A stretch of DNA of 64,000 nucleotides. It comes from an uncultured bacterium (GTDB taxonomy: Bacteria > Eisenbacteria > RBG-16-71-46 > CAIMUX01). Shown here one piece after another: positions 19,951 through 30,564 of the stretch (the first letter of the stretch is position 1; each line of letters opens with the position of its first letter). The notes beneath the pieces were generated by a model. It saw nothing but the letters and a program-made list of their open reading frames with translations. It was not told the DNA's origin and ran no database searches. The stretch spans positions 74,389-138,388 of the forward strand of contig CAYJLF010000004.1 of NCBI GenBank assembly GCA_964371055.1. Direction: 5' to 3'. A program made the translations under genes and the position numbers.

Positions 19951-21480
19951 TCAGGACCCCAGGCCTTCCAGCTGCGCGGCCTTGGTGCGGGCCTCGCGGG
20001 TCAGGGGATGGCCGGGGTACCGTTCGTCAAGCAGCTTCAGGATACGGAGGGCACCGCCGGTGTCGCTTAGACGCTGTTCGTGGATCCCCGCCGCCTGGAT
20101 CAGCGCGAGCGGCGACGCCGGGCTGTTCGGGAAGGCCCCGGCCCGCTGGACCAGCGCCTCCGCGACCGAACTCCATTCCTCCAGGCGGAACCGGGCATCC
20201 GCGAGGAGCTCCAGGGCGGTGTAGACTACCTGGGCCTGGGCGGGATCACGCGCCAGTTCGCTCGCGAGTCGTTCGTAGTTCTGTGCCGCCTCGCGCAACG
20301 TCGCCGTCTCTGCCTCGCGATTGTTCGCCCGGGCGTAGATCGCCGCCAGATCGAGCGGCGCTCTGAGGCCGGCCGACGTGCGCGGATAGTCGACCGCCAG
20401 CGCCCGCAGGCGACGGATCGCTTCGCCGGTGTCTCCGGTCTCGAAGGAGAGCCGGGCGGCGAGCGCACGGGCTTCCGATGCGATCGACAGATCGCGCCCA
20501 TGCTCCCGCTCCGCCCGATCGAACTGCGCCTGCGACGAGTCGGCCCGTCCGACCGCCGCGTAGGCGACGCCGAGGCGGAGGATGACCTGTCCCGCGCGCG
20601 GACCGTCTCCGTGCCGCTCCAAGAGTTCGCGGTAGTAGGGAATCGCCCCGCGTGGATCCCCCATCGTGACCTCGTGCAGGAGTCCCTGTGAGTAGAGGAT
20701 TCCTTCCTCGACCGCGGCGGCCTGCGGAAGCGCACGCGCCTCGTCCAGCACGGCGGCCGATTCGGCCGCCCGCCGCTGTCGGGCCAGCACGTCGGCCTTC
20801 TTGACCAGAGCTGCGACCTGCACCGGGGCGCCGGCATGGGCCGCGGCCACCCGGTCGTACCAGGCGATCGCCTCCTCTTGAGCGGCTGCCGCTTCCGCTG
20901 CCCGCCCGGCCGCCACGTAGAGATCCCCCAAGCGTATCGGAACCTCGATCATGGTGGGATCGGGGTGTCCGTCCGACCGTGCGGCCGGGAAGGTCGCCAT
21001 CATCTCCCGATAGAGAGCGGCCAGGGAATCAGGCGACTCGCCGGTCGCCAGCAGATGGCTCAGTTCGCGGTAGAGCTCCATCGCGGCCGCTGCGTCGCCC
21101 CGCAGCCCGGCGCGCTCCGCGGACAGGACGGCGATCGCCTCCTGTCGTTGCCCCTGCTGGAAGAATATGCGCGACGCGCTGCGCGCGGCGGAGAGCCGAA
21201 CGCGCGCGAGGTCGCGGACCGCCGCCGGGTCTCCGGTCGCCGATGACAACGGGTAGCGCTGGAGAATCCTCTGGTACAAAGCGAGGATCTCGTTCCCGGC
21301 TTCGGTTCCTCGCACCGGGTTGAGGCGTCCGCGCCGCTCTTCGACTCCCGCCTTCCACAGCGCCAGCTCCGCCTGGTACCGGGACGAAAGCGGAGACGAA
21401 CCGCATGCCGTCACCAGGACGAGCCCCGCCACCCCCAGCCAGGCGGGGAGCGAGTAGCCGCGCCGGCGGGCCTGACTCAC
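19951..21480 (-). CDS. TPR-repeat lipoprotein of the EPS locus
   Basis: GTG start after GAAGGA, lipobox VTAC, numerous TPR-like helical pairs. Confidence 0.8.
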   Translation of the reverse strand: MSQARRRGYSLPAWLGVAGLVLVTACGSSPLSSRYQAELALWKAGVEERRGRLNPVRGTEAGNEILALYQRILQRYPLSSATGDPAAVRDLARVRLSAARSASRIFFQQGQRQEAIAVLSAERAGLRGDAAAAMELYRELSHLLATGESPDSLAALYREMMATFPAARSDGHPDPTMIEVPIRLGDLYVAAGRAAEAAAAQEEAIAWYDRVAAAHAGAPVQVAALVKKADVLARQRRAAESAAVLDEARALPQAAAVEEGILYSQGLLHEVTMGDPRGAIPYYRELLERHGDGPRAGQVILRLGVAYAAVGRADSSQAQFDRAEREHGRDLSIASEARALAARLSFETGDTGEAIRRLRALAVDYPRTSAGLRAPLDLAAIYARANNREAETATLREAAQNYERLASELARDPAQAQVVYTALELLADARFRLEEWSSVAEALVQRAGAFPNSPASPLALIQAAGIHEQRLSDTGGALRILKLLDERYPGHPLTREARTKAAQLEGLGS

Positions 21481-21488
21481 CGTCCTTC

Positions 21489-22337
21489 TCACGCGTGGCC
21501 TCCTTCCGTCGCCCGGGCGCCGAAGACCCGCACCGCGGAGGCGATCGTGAAATAGTTCACCGCCACATAGACCAGGATGCTGACCAGCACGGTCCATCCC
21601 ACCATCTCCGGCGAGAGCGTGCGAATGATCAGCTCGGTGCGGCGAAGGGCGGCCGCGAGCGGCAGATGCACGGCGTTCGGAATCATGATGATCAGCAGCG
21701 TCGCGACCGGAGCACGCAGTGCCAGGCGGATCGACTCGCGATACGCCTCGCCGACGGATCGTCCATGCTGGAGCAGGAAGAGCGGTCCGTAGATGAGGAG
21801 GGATTCCACCACGACGCCAAAGAGGAACCCTCCGTAGCGAAAGGCGCGGAGGCTGTTTCCCTTGAACGTATCGCTCCCTTCCGGCACCAGGATCGGCACG
21901 AGGAGGAAGAAGAGGGCCGGCAGGAGCGTGATGGGCAGACGCAGCAGGAGCAGTGCGCCCCAGCGGCGCCGCACCGCCGCGACCGGGCCGCTCGGCTCTT
22001 CCCCGGCGGCGTGCCGCCACAGCATGACGAAGGCGATCCCCCAGAGAAGGCTTCCGATCAGCCAGTCGAGGACGAGATTGATCGGGCTGAAGAGCTGCGG
22101 CAAGGCCTCGTAGAGCGTCGGATAGTGGACCACCGCGGGAGTGGCGGCTCCGGCGATCAGTCGGAGCAGGGGCACCATGAACCAGGAAAGGATCGGCCGG
22201 TGAAACTGTGTCAGGAAAAGGAGAAACAGCGCCTGGATCAGGAACATGACCACAAACGGCAGCCAGACGGCTCCTCGTCGCAACGATCGCACGCTCTCGA
22301 TCCAGGCCCAGAGCGTAAGGTTCAGCTGGTTGATCAT
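21489..22337 (-). CDS. Hypothetical multi-pass membrane protein
   Basis: About 6 hydrophobic segments; translationally coupled to the EpsI gene. Confidence 0.75.
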   Translation of the reverse strand: MINQLNLTLWAWIESVRSLRRGAVWLPFVVMFLIQALFLLFLTQFHRPILSWFMVPLLRLIAGAATPAVVHYPTLYEALPQLFSPINLVLDWLIGSLLWGIAFVMLWRHAAGEEPSGPVAAVRRRWGALLLLRLPITLLPALFFLLVPILVPEGSDTFKGNSLRAFRYGGFLFGVVVESLLIYGPLFLLQHGRSVGEAYRESIRLALRAPVATLLIIMIPNAVHLPLAAALRRTELIIRTLSPEMVGWTVLVSILVYVAVNYFTIASAVRVFGARATEGGHA

Positions 22338-22984
22338 CCTCGATCCTCCCTCTCCCCTGCTTCCTCCGGGAAGAACCGCGGCAGGTTGGGCGCCAGGTCA
22401 CCGATGACCTCCTGGATCGCCCGGGCCGCCGCGGCCGGCTCACCCGACTCAATGCTGGATACCCGGATAAATGCTCCGAACGAGCGATTGCTGCGCAGAC
22501 CTTGGAAGAACATGCGGTCCCGCCACCCCTTGACGTCGCTCAGCGTCTGTCCGCCGGCGGTGTACCAGAAGCAGTGCACGAGTTCGCTGCGCGAGCCCTT
22601 GACCGCCCGGAACCGAAGAACCGGCACCGGACCGAGCGCGGTGTCGATAGTCTCCTCGGGCAGATCGGTGATCCCGAAGCCCTGCGAACGGTAGCAGAGC
22701 TGCGGATCGTGCGCGCCGAGGCGGGCATTCTGGAAGTAGACGATGACGACCCAGACGGGCAAGCCATCGGGGCGATCGTAACTCCGGACCAGGTAGTCGT
22801 CCGGATCGAGGTCATCGAGCACGGTCTGGTCCAGGCCGAGGTCGGTCCCCGTCATGCCGGCCAGCTCGAACGGGCACGAGGCGAGGTCGGTCCCCAGGAT
22901 TCGCGCCGGCGGAAAGGCCAGCACATAGCCGGAGAGAAGCGCCAGCAGCCCGAGCGGGAGGAGAACGCGGGGGTTTTTCAGCAT
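22334..22984 (-). CDS. EpsI family protein (exosortase-associated)
   Basis: N-terminal anchor, DDYLVRSY, AHDPQLCY..QGF, FWY, AFIRVS. Confidence 0.88.
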   Translation of the reverse strand: MLKNPRVLLPLGLLALLSGYVLAFPPARILGTDLASCPFELAGMTGTDLGLDQTVLDDLDPDDYLVRSYDRPDGLPVWVVIVYFQNARLGAHDPQLCYRSQGFGITDLPEETIDTALGPVPVLRFRAVKGSRSELVHCFWYTAGGQTLSDVKGWRDRMFFQGLRSNRSFGAFIRVSSIESGEPAAAARAIQEVIGDLAPNLPRFFPEEAGEREDRG

Positions 22985-23844
22985 CGCAGGGCCCTCTTGA
23001 CGATGAGGAGCGCGACGAGCGCGAATCCGTAGAGCACAAAGCCGCCGACGTCGTGGAAGAGGCCGGTGGCGCGTTCGGTGTCCGTCAGGGCGGCATAGAC
23101 GCAGAGCGAGGTGATGCGCACCACGTTGGCCGCGACGGCGACCGGAACCGCCAGGAGAAAGAGGAGCACGCGCCGCCAGGCCGCGCCCTGGCCGAGGTGG
23201 GCGAAGAGCGCCCCCATCGCCATCAGCGCGATCAGCGAGTTGAGGCCGCTGCAGGCCCCCTCGATCGTCATCGTGCCGGACGGGAAGATCAGGTCCATCC
23301 CCTGCCGGGCGACCGCCACCCCCAGGCCCTGCGCGAGTTCGACCGAGCCGAAGGCAGCCAGAGCCTTGAGCCGGAAGCTGACCTGGTTGATGAAGACAGG
23401 AAAAGTCGGCGCCGCGAAGGCGAGGAAGGCGATCGGGAACCACACTTTGCGGAGCATCCCGAGGCCGAACCAACTCCAGACCAGGCCTGCCACCAGAAAG
23501 ATGAAGGAGTAGGACTGGAACATGGCGACATCCCCACGGATGCCGGCGATGTGGAGCAGCGCGGCCGCCGCCACGACGGGGAGACCGGCCCAGGACGGCC
23601 GGTGCGGGGTCGCCGCCAGGGCTTTCCGCATCAGCCAGACCAGCGCGAGGGCGACCGGCGGGATCAGGAATCCGTGGGAGTAGTTGTCGTTGTGCGACCA
23701 GAGGCGCCAGAGGACGGAGAACGTGCGAGCGTACGCGGCGACGGCGAGGACCAGCGCGGCGCCTGCCAGGGCCAGCGCCGGCTGGCGCCACCACGACACG
23801 GCCGCACCGCCGGGGTTCGGGAGACGCTCAGCCCCGTTTCGCAT
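22978..23844 (-). CDS. Exosortase (EpsH family)
   Basis: YSHGFLIP, catalytic ACSGL (Cys), NVVRI (Arg), FHD (His). Confidence 0.93.
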   Translation of the reverse strand: MRNGAERLPNPGGAAVSWWRQPALALAGAALVLAVAAYARTFSVLWRLWSHNDNYSHGFLIPPVALALVWLMRKALAATPHRPSWAGLPVVAAAALLHIAGIRGDVAMFQSYSFIFLVAGLVWSWFGLGMLRKVWFPIAFLAFAAPTFPVFINQVSFRLKALAAFGSVELAQGLGVAVARQGMDLIFPSGTMTIEGACSGLNSLIALMAMGALFAHLGQGAAWRRVLLFLLAVPVAVAANVVRITSLCVYAALTDTERATGLFHDVGGFVLYGFALVALLIVKRALRC

Positions 23845-26059
23845 GCCCGTACCCGTAGTGGCTGTAGGTGTAGTAGTACGGCAGCACTTCAGCGCTGTTG
23901 TTGAGCAACACCCCGGTGACGTTGTCACGGAATTGCCGCTGCAGCTCCAGTCCGCGCCGGGCGGTCTCGCGCGGAGTCTCCCCTGCCTTGATCACGAGCA
24001 GCACGGTATCGACCTCCGGGCCGATGATGAGCGCGTCCGGCACGGGAAGGTTCGGCGGAGAGTCGATCACGATCCGGTCGGCCTCGGTGCGGAGACGCTC
24101 CAGGAGCCATCGGACGCTGGGGAGCGTCACCTGGTCGGTTCCCTTCGACTCCACCTCGGGGATCAGCACGCGGAGGTTGGGCAGGACGAGAGTCTGCAGC
24201 GGATTCCCTTGCCACTCCTGCCGGGAAAGAACAACGCGACCCTCCGACGCGCCCGACGCCGCGGCGTAGGCGGAGAGTGACGGCCGGCGGGTATCGAGGT
24301 CGACCAGGAGCACGCGCTCGTCCGACAGCTCCCGCGCGAGGGCGTGGGCCAGACAGACCGAGGTGGTCGACTTCCCCTCCCCGCGTCGTGAACTGGTGAC
24401 CATGATCGTCCGGGGATTCGAGCCCTCACCGTGCATCAGCGCGAGCACGACTTTCCGAAATTCCTGGAGTCCGGGCGAAGCGTCGAGGAACTCCCGGATG
24501 GCCTGCTGGCCGGCAGCCCCCCGGTCGTCCGTTCCGCCGCCGCGGCGTCCGGCGCGACCGAAGCGGGCGAAGCCCGGCATGTTCGGCACCGCGCCGAGCA
24601 CGCGGAGCCGGAGACCGCGCTCGATGTCGCGCACATCTTTGAACGACGGGTCGTGGTGTTCGAGGAGGAAGACCCCGCCAATGCCGAGGGCAAATCCGGC
24701 CAGCACCGACAGGATGATGATCTGCGTCCGCTTGGGCCGGATCGGCCGGAGAGGATACTGCGCCGGCTCCAGCAACGAGATCTTGTTCCCGATCACGCTG
24801 GCGCCGAAGGCTTCGGAGATCTGCGAGGAGGCCATCTGCATCACGAACGCGTTCTGCAACTGGCGGTACTGGTCCACTTCGCTCTGCAGCCGTTGCAGCT
24901 CGAGATCGGTGCCGGGAACACCCCCGGCGCGCTGGCGGTAGTCGCCCAGGTGGCGGTCGTAGAGCGACACTCGATGGCGCGCGAGGTTCCGTCCCACGAC
25001 GAAGTCAAGGTAAGCGCCGGCCGGCTCGGCGGCCGTCCCGGCCGGGAGCGCGGCTCGGGCCGCCTGGTGGACGGATTCCAGTTTCCGGGCCAGGTTGATC
25101 GCACCTCCCTGGCTCGTGCTGCGTCCCGAGGCCGCGTCCAGCAGCGACTGGCGGACGTAGCTCTCCTCCAGGGCACGGGCTTCGCCCAGGAGGGTCGCCA
25201 CGGCCCGCTCCTCGAGGACGCGTTCGAGCCGCGCCGGATCCTGGCCGGCCTGCCGCAAGCTCGCGGCCTGGCGTCCCATCGAACGCTCCAGCTCCTCCAG
25301 GTCGAGCGCGGCCCGATCCCGGAGGTTCTCCGCCGCCGCCGCCGACGACACCGTGACCAGAGTCGGCGTGGCGCTCCGGGCCGCGGTCCGCTGTTGATAC
25401 TCCTGCAGCGCGGCCTCGGCGATGCGCAAGCGCCGCTGGTACTCCTCGAGCTGGGTCGCGCTGAAGTCTCCCGTGCTCTGGGCCTGCCGGGTCTGTTCCG
25501 ACTTGTTGGCCTCGATGATTCCGGAGGCGATGTTCTGTACCAGGGTGCGGGCCCGTCCCGGGTCGAAGTCGAGCACCGAGATCGTGAAGATGTTCTCGGT
25601 GACGCTGCGCCGGGAGGCGGAGCCGAGTCGGATCCGGTCCCGCAGCCAGTCGCTGACTTTGAGGTCGATCAGGCTCTCCCGGTCGAGGTCGGGGTAGCGA
25701 CTGGCGCTTCGGGTCGCCCATTCGCCGAAGCCGGGATCGTCCCTGAGTCCGGTGATCCGGGCGAGATTCAGCAGAAACGCGTTGTCCTGCACCTGGCTGT
25801 TCAGGCGACTGATCATCTCGCCGATTTCAGGGTTCTGGACGAGCTGCTGGAGTCCGGGCGAGAGCCGCTGCGGGAACTCGACCTTGAGCGTGCACTGGGA
25901 CTGATAGACCGGCTTCATGAGCTTGGGCAGCGTCACGACCCACGCGGTGGCGGCCGCCAGCACGGCCGGCACGATCACGACCCAGCGCCGGCGCCAGAGC
26001 GTGACGAAGACCGACCTGAGGTCGACCGTTTCTTTCATCGGCATCGCCGGTTCCATCAA
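23828..26059 (-). CDS. Wzc-like polysaccharide co-polymerase / tyrosine autokinase
   Basis: Two TM segments around a coiled coil, GEGKST Walker A, VDLDTRRP, IDSPP, Tyr-rich tail PYYYTYSHYGY. Confidence 0.92.
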   Translation of the reverse strand: MMEPAMPMKETVDLRSVFVTLWRRRWVVIVPAVLAAATAWVVTLPKLMKPVYQSQCTLKVEFPQRLSPGLQQLVQNPEIGEMISRLNSQVQDNAFLLNLARITGLRDDPGFGEWATRSASRYPDLDRESLIDLKVSDWLRDRIRLGSASRRSVTENIFTISVLDFDPGRARTLVQNIASGIIEANKSEQTRQAQSTGDFSATQLEEYQRRLRIAEAALQEYQQRTAARSATPTLVTVSSAAAAENLRDRAALDLEELERSMGRQAASLRQAGQDPARLERVLEERAVATLLGEARALEESYVRQSLLDAASGRSTSQGGAINLARKLESVHQAARAALPAGTAAEPAGAYLDFVVGRNLARHRVSLYDRHLGDYRQRAGGVPGTDLELQRLQSEVDQYRQLQNAFVMQMASSQISEAFGASVIGNKISLLEPAQYPLRPIRPKRTQIIILSVLAGFALGIGGVFLLEHHDPSFKDVRDIERGLRLRVLGAVPNMPGFARFGRAGRRGGGTDDRGAAGQQAIREFLDASPGLQEFRKVVLALMHGEGSNPRTIMVTSSRRGEGKSTTSVCLAHALARELSDERVLLVDLDTRRPSLSAYAAASGASEGRVVLSRQEWQGNPLQTLVLPNLRVLIPEVESKGTDQVTLPSVRWLLERLRTEADRIVIDSPPNLPVPDALIIGPEVDTVLLVIKAGETPRETARRGLELQRQFRDNVTGVLLNNSAEVLPYYYTYSHYGYGHAKRG

Positions 26060-26103
26060 GTGCCTCCGGGGTTGTTCCGGTGGGGACCGTGAAGCTGCTT
26101 CGC

Positions 26104-27063
26104 TCAGTCCCCGAGAATGTCGCCGATCAGGAAGAGGTTCAAGACATCACGCGAAACCGAGAGCGCCTCGCGCGACAAGGTCCAGGCGAAGCCGCCCGCG
26201 CCGGTGCCGGACGGCGAGATCACGATGCGATCACCCGGACGAATCTCGGGGCCGCCGCGCCCCTGCTGGATCTCGGCCCTGAGGTCGATGCGCACCCGGA
26301 AAGAAGCGCCGGTGCCGTCGGAGCCGAGGATGTCGATCCGCTTGAGGTCGGCTCCGGGGGTCGTGCCGCCCGCTACGGCGAGCAGTTGCAGGAGGTCCAT
26401 TCCGGGCATGACGCTGTAGACACCGGGCTGGGCGACCTCTCCCAGGACGTAGGCCCCTCCCCCCCCGACGACCTGTCCGGCCCCGCCGGCGCCGCCCGGG
26501 ACGTAGACCACGTCCCCGGGCTGAAGCGCGGGGAGCGCAGTCGTGTTGCCCGACTGGACCGCGCGCGCCACGTCGACACTGATGGTCTCGGGAGTTCCGC
26601 TGTCGCGCTTGCGCAGAATGCGGACGTTCGCGAGGTCGGCCGTGGCATTCAGACCACCCGCGCCGCTGAGCAGATCGATGATACCGGGGATCTCTTCGAA
26701 GGAGTACCGGCCCGGGGTCGCCACCTGGCCGGCGACGTAGACCTGGCGGCTGTTGAACGCGACCACCGAGACCGTGGCCTGAGTGGCGATGCGCAGCGTC
26801 CGGTAGAACTGCGCCTCGAGTTCCCGCGCCAGCTCCGTGGTCGACTTGCCGGCGGCGGGCAGATCGCCGACCGGCGGTACCGTGACGTTTCCGTCGGCGC
26901 GCACCACCACGGTCCGGCTCAGCTCGGGACGTTCCCAGACGCTGATCGACAGCACATCTTCCGCGCCGATGACATACTCCCCCTCCGCTCGCACCTCGCC
27001 GCTGGCAACGAGAGCCGTGAGCACGAGGAGCGCCACAGATAGATTCCGCATCATTCCGTGCAT
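26104..27063 (-). CDS. Wza-like polysaccharide export protein with SLBB domains
   Basis: YVIGAEDVLSISVW, VRADGNVTVP, VAGQVATPG, LGEVAQPGVY. Confidence 0.9.
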   Translation of the reverse strand: MHGMMRNLSVALLVLTALVASGEVRAEGEYVIGAEDVLSISVWERPELSRTVVVRADGNVTVPPVGDLPAAGKSTTELARELEAQFYRTLRIATQATVSVVAFNSRQVYVAGQVATPGRYSFEEIPGIIDLLSGAGGLNATADLANVRILRKRDSGTPETISVDVARAVQSGNTTALPALQPGDVVYVPGGAGGAGQVVGGGGAYVLGEVAQPGVYSVMPGMDLLQLLAVAGGTTPGADLKRIDILGSDGTGASFRVRIDLRAEIQQGRGGPEIRPGDRIVISPSGTGAGGFAWTLSREALSVSRDVLNLFLIGDILGD

Positions 27064-27070
27064 CGTGGTG

Positions 27071-29716
27071 TCATCCCTTCTGGCCGGAAGCGGGCATCCC
27101 TTCCGCCGGTTCGGCCGCCTGGTCCAGGAGATCGGGCAGCGGGTCCGCTCCCCGGAAGAGCCGGAAGAGGGAGAGCCACAGGGTCTCCAGGTCGAGTCGC
27201 GCGCCTCCATAGCGCGCGTAGTAGCCGTCATACAGCTCGTGTCGACTTCGGTCCGCACCATCGACCGCGAGCAGGTCTCCCGGGCCGACCAGCCCGGGGC
27301 GACGCGCGAAAACCCAGGCGCTGGCCCAGTCCTGCCTGTAGCTTGCCTCGCCGATCAGGCGCGCCGACGGGCCGACCAGCCCCATCTCCCCCCGGACGAC
27401 GCTCCAGAGGAGGAGCACCCGATCGAGCCGATAGCGCAGAAGGAGACGCGACAGCCACCGTTGCATTCGACTCTGGCGCCCGCGGACAAGCTCGACATGG
27501 TACGAGACGAACGGCTTGCCGGGCAAGGGGCGCTGACGTCGATCCGTATCCCGCCGATCGATCGGGACCGCCGAGCCATCCCGCCTTCGATCGCTCGTCC
27601 GTCGATTCTGCCCGATCCGCTCTTCCCGCACGAAACGCACGAGGCCCGGACCGCTCAGGCGATAAAGCAGGAAGAGGACACCGGCCAGCGGAGAGAGCAA
27701 GGCGAGAATCACGCCGGCGGTGCCGATTTCCAGGAGGCGGCGGGCCGTGGTCTCGCGCCTCGGCGGGGCCACGCGGGGACCACGCCGTTCCGCCACGAAG
27801 ACCGGCGCCTCGATCGGGAGCGGTTCGGGATCCCGGACGACATACTCCGGCACCAGCTCGCCGAGCGCGTGAACGATCTCGGTCCGATCCGCTCTCACCG
27901 CCATCTCCGCGAGAAGGTCGACTCTGCGCATCACCTCGGCGGGGTCGACCGGATCGAGTTCGACCCGGAAGATCTTCCGGTGCTGGGTGACACGGGTCCG
28001 TTCGTCGTCGGTCAGCAGCTCCTCTTCCAGTTTTTCCCCGGGACGCAGGCCGATGAACTTGATCGCGATATCGATGCCCGGCCGCAGTCCGGAGAGCCGG
28101 ATCAGCTGCTCGGCGAAGTCGAGGATCCGCACCTGCTCGCCCATGTCGAGCACGAAGACATCGCCGCTGGAACCGAAGACCGCCGCCTGGATCACCAGCC
28201 GGCTCGCCTCGGGAATCGTCATGAAGTAGCGGCGCACTTCCGGGTGAGTGACCGTGAGCGGCCCCCCCCGCTCCATCTGGCGCCGGAAGATCGGGATGAC
28301 GCTGCCGTCGCTGCCGAGCACGTTGCCGAACCGCACCGCCACGAAGGTGGTCGTCGCTTCGGACGCCATCGCCTGCAGAACGATCTCGCAGGCACGTTTG
28401 CTCGCCCCCATGACGTTGGAGGGGTTGACCGCCTTGTCGGTCGAGATGAAGACGAACGTCTCCACCCCCGCCGCGGCGGCCGCCCGCGCCGTGTTGCGGG
28501 TGCCGAGGATGTTGTTCAGGAGCGCCTCGCGCGGGGTCCGCTCCAGGAAGTGCACATGCTTGTGCGCCGCGGCGTGGAAGACGAGCTGGGGACGATAGTC
28601 GGCCATGAGCTCCCGCATCCCGGACTCGTCGCGGATGTCCCCCACGACCTGCGTGAGCTGCAGTTCGGGATGCCGTTCTCCCAGATCGAGGCCGAGGTAA
28701 CAGAGCCGGTTCTCACAGTGATCGAGCGCGACCAGCCGCGCCGGCTGGAAGAGCGCCAGCTGGCGGCAGAGCTCCGACCCGATCGAACCTCCGGCCCCGG
28801 TGACGAGTACGGTGCGGTCGCGGACCCGTCCGGCGATTCCCTCGACATCGATCTGGACCGGGTCCCGTCCCAGGAGGTCCTCGATCCGGACCTCACGAAC
28901 CTGTCCCAGGGCCCCCTTGCCCGCGATGAAGTCGGAGAGAGCCGGCACGGTCCGGCACTCGACGCCGGCCTCCTGACAGAAGTGCACCACCTGGCGGACG
29001 AGGTGAGCGGGTGCGGAAGGGGCCGCGATCAGGACCTGGCCGATCCGTTTCTCGGAGATCAGACGCGGTAGATCGAAGGTGGATCCGAGCACCGCGAGGG
29101 TCTCGATTCTTCGGCCACGCAACTGAGGGTCGTCATCGACGAAACCGATCGGAGTACCGGCCGGATGTTCGGCCCGCAGAAGTTCGCGGCAAAGCATCGC
29201 GCCGACTTCGCCCGCTCCTACGATCAGGATCCGGCTGCCACCTCGGCGCGCCGCGCGCCAGCGGGGTGTCCGCACGACGCGCCAGGCCAGGCGGCTCCCC
29301 CCGATGAGGACCGTGGAGAGGATCCAGGTCAGAATGACGACGCTGGAGGGGAAGAGATGTACCTGGGGCACCAGGTTCAGGATGAAGGCGAGGCTGAAGC
29401 CGAGCCCCAGGGTGCGGACCAGCACCAGGAGAGTCGGAACCCCGGCGTACCGCCAGAGCGACCGATTGATCCCCGCCAGGTTCAACAGCAGCAGCATGCC
29501 GGCGGTGTAGAAGAAGGCCGAGCCGGAGTACGACCGGAGGAACCGTTCGGGGATCGCAAAGTCGAAGCGCAGGGCAAGCGCAGCCAGCACGGCGCAATTA
29601 AGCAGCACCGCGTCGGCCGCGTTGATCAGAATCAGCTTAAACCGCGCCTGCACCGCTTCTGCCCTCGGCCCTCCCTGGCGAGATCGTCCCGCACGCAGTA
29701 TCCATCGGCGCTCCAA
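27071..29716 (-). CDS. CapD/PglF-type NDP-sugar 4,6-dehydratase fused to a degenerate sugar-transferase domain
   Basis: GAGGSIGSEL, STDKAVNP, VRFGNVLGS, GLRPGEKL; C-terminal RGEMGLVGP...RPGL. Confidence 0.9.
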   Translation of the reverse strand: MERRWILRAGRSRQGGPRAEAVQARFKLILINAADAVLLNCAVLAALALRFDFAIPERFLRSYSGSAFFYTAGMLLLLNLAGINRSLWRYAGVPTLLVLVRTLGLGFSLAFILNLVPQVHLFPSSVVILTWILSTVLIGGSRLAWRVVRTPRWRAARRGGSRILIVGAGEVGAMLCRELLRAEHPAGTPIGFVDDDPQLRGRRIETLAVLGSTFDLPRLISEKRIGQVLIAAPSAPAHLVRQVVHFCQEAGVECRTVPALSDFIAGKGALGQVREVRIEDLLGRDPVQIDVEGIAGRVRDRTVLVTGAGGSIGSELCRQLALFQPARLVALDHCENRLCYLGLDLGERHPELQLTQVVGDIRDESGMRELMADYRPQLVFHAAAHKHVHFLERTPREALLNNILGTRNTARAAAAAGVETFVFISTDKAVNPSNVMGASKRACEIVLQAMASEATTTFVAVRFGNVLGSDGSVIPIFRRQMERGGPLTVTHPEVRRYFMTIPEASRLVIQAAVFGSSGDVFVLDMGEQVRILDFAEQLIRLSGLRPGIDIAIKFIGLRPGEKLEEELLTDDERTRVTQHRKIFRVELDPVDPAEVMRRVDLLAEMAVRADRTEIVHALGELVPEYVVRDPEPLPIEAPVFVAERRGPRVAPPRRETTARRLLEIGTAGVILALLSPLAGVLFLLYRLSGPGLVRFVREERIGQNRRTSDRRRDGSAVPIDRRDTDRRQRPLPGKPFVSYHVELVRGRQSRMQRWLSRLLLRYRLDRVLLLWSVVRGEMGLVGPSARLIGEASYRQDWASAWVFARRPGLVGPGDLLAVDGADRSRHELYDGYYARYGGARLDLETLWLSLFRLFRGADPLPDLLDQAAEPAEGMPASGQKG

Positions 29717-29772
29717 GGAGCTACAAACAGGAATTCGATGCGTCCGGGGCGTTGGCGACGGGTGGAAGGGCC

Positions 29773-29809
29773 AAAAAGGAGGCCCGCGATCGCCTGGCGA
29801 CCGCGGGCC
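29773..29809 (-). terminator. Intrinsic terminator after the PEP-CTERM gene
   Basis: GGCCCGCGGTCGC-CAG-GCGATCGCGGGCC hairpin followed by TCCTTTTT on the minus strand. Confidence 0.7.
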
Positions 29810-29838
29810 CTTCGCGCATCAGGCCGCGCGCAAATCGA

Positions 29839-30522
29839 TCAGGGGCGGTGCCGCTTCACCCCCCAGGCGGTCAGAAGGACGCCGAGGCCGAGGAGCAACA
29901 GACCGGCGGGCTCCGGGACCGGGGCCACCTCGGACGTCGCCTGGCCATCCATGCGGTAGGAATAGCCCGCCGGGATGCCGTTGCCGGGACGGGAGGTCAG
30001 CCCGGCGAAAGTGAAATAGGTTTCCCCGAGGAGGCTGGGTGCGAACTCCCCTCCCCCGAAACTGCCGGTGGCATTGAGCTGTCCCAGGCCGAGGACCGAG
30101 TTGACGACGACGTCAAACGTGTCGAAGGAGCCGGAGAGCCAGTTGACGCCGTCCACAAACGTTGCGGGAACCGTGCCGTTGGCGGGGTTTATGCCATAGT
30201 CGTATGGGCGGTCGGCGGGACCGGTCGACCGGTAGAGAGCCAGCCCGCCGCCGCTGAAGGAGTAGCGTTTCGTTGATGAGCTCAGAACCGTGACCTGCGA
30301 GAGCGCCAGCCCCGCAATGTGGAACGTGTACGCTTCCTCCGTCAGGTTCACCGGCAGCGAGAAACCGTCCACCACGCCCACCGCCTCGAAGGACTGGATG
30401 TCGCCATTGGTCATCGTGGACCAGGAGAATCCGGTGTAGTCCAGCACCAGAGGAAGGGCGCCGGCCGGCGAGGACATCGCCAGCAGAACGATGGCAGCCA
30501 GGAAGATCCGTTTCATGTCCAT
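29839..30522 (-). CDS. PEP-CTERM sorting domain protein
   Basis: Signal peptide; C-terminal VPEP + TM helix + KRHR. Confidence 0.93.
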   Translation of the reverse strand: MDMKRIFLAAIVLLAMSSPAGALPLVLDYTGFSWSTMTNGDIQSFEAVGVVDGFSLPVNLTEEAYTFHIAGLALSQVTVLSSSTKRYSFSGGGLALYRSTGPADRPYDYGINPANGTVPATFVDGVNWLSGSFDTFDVVVNSVLGLGQLNATGSFGGGEFAPSLLGETYFTFAGLTSRPGNGIPAGYSYRMDGQATSEVAPVPEPAGLLLLGLGVLLTAWGVKRHRP

Positions 30523-30564
30523 ACCTCACCCTCGGCCGTGGAGTAGCCCGGCCGGAGTTGTGCG

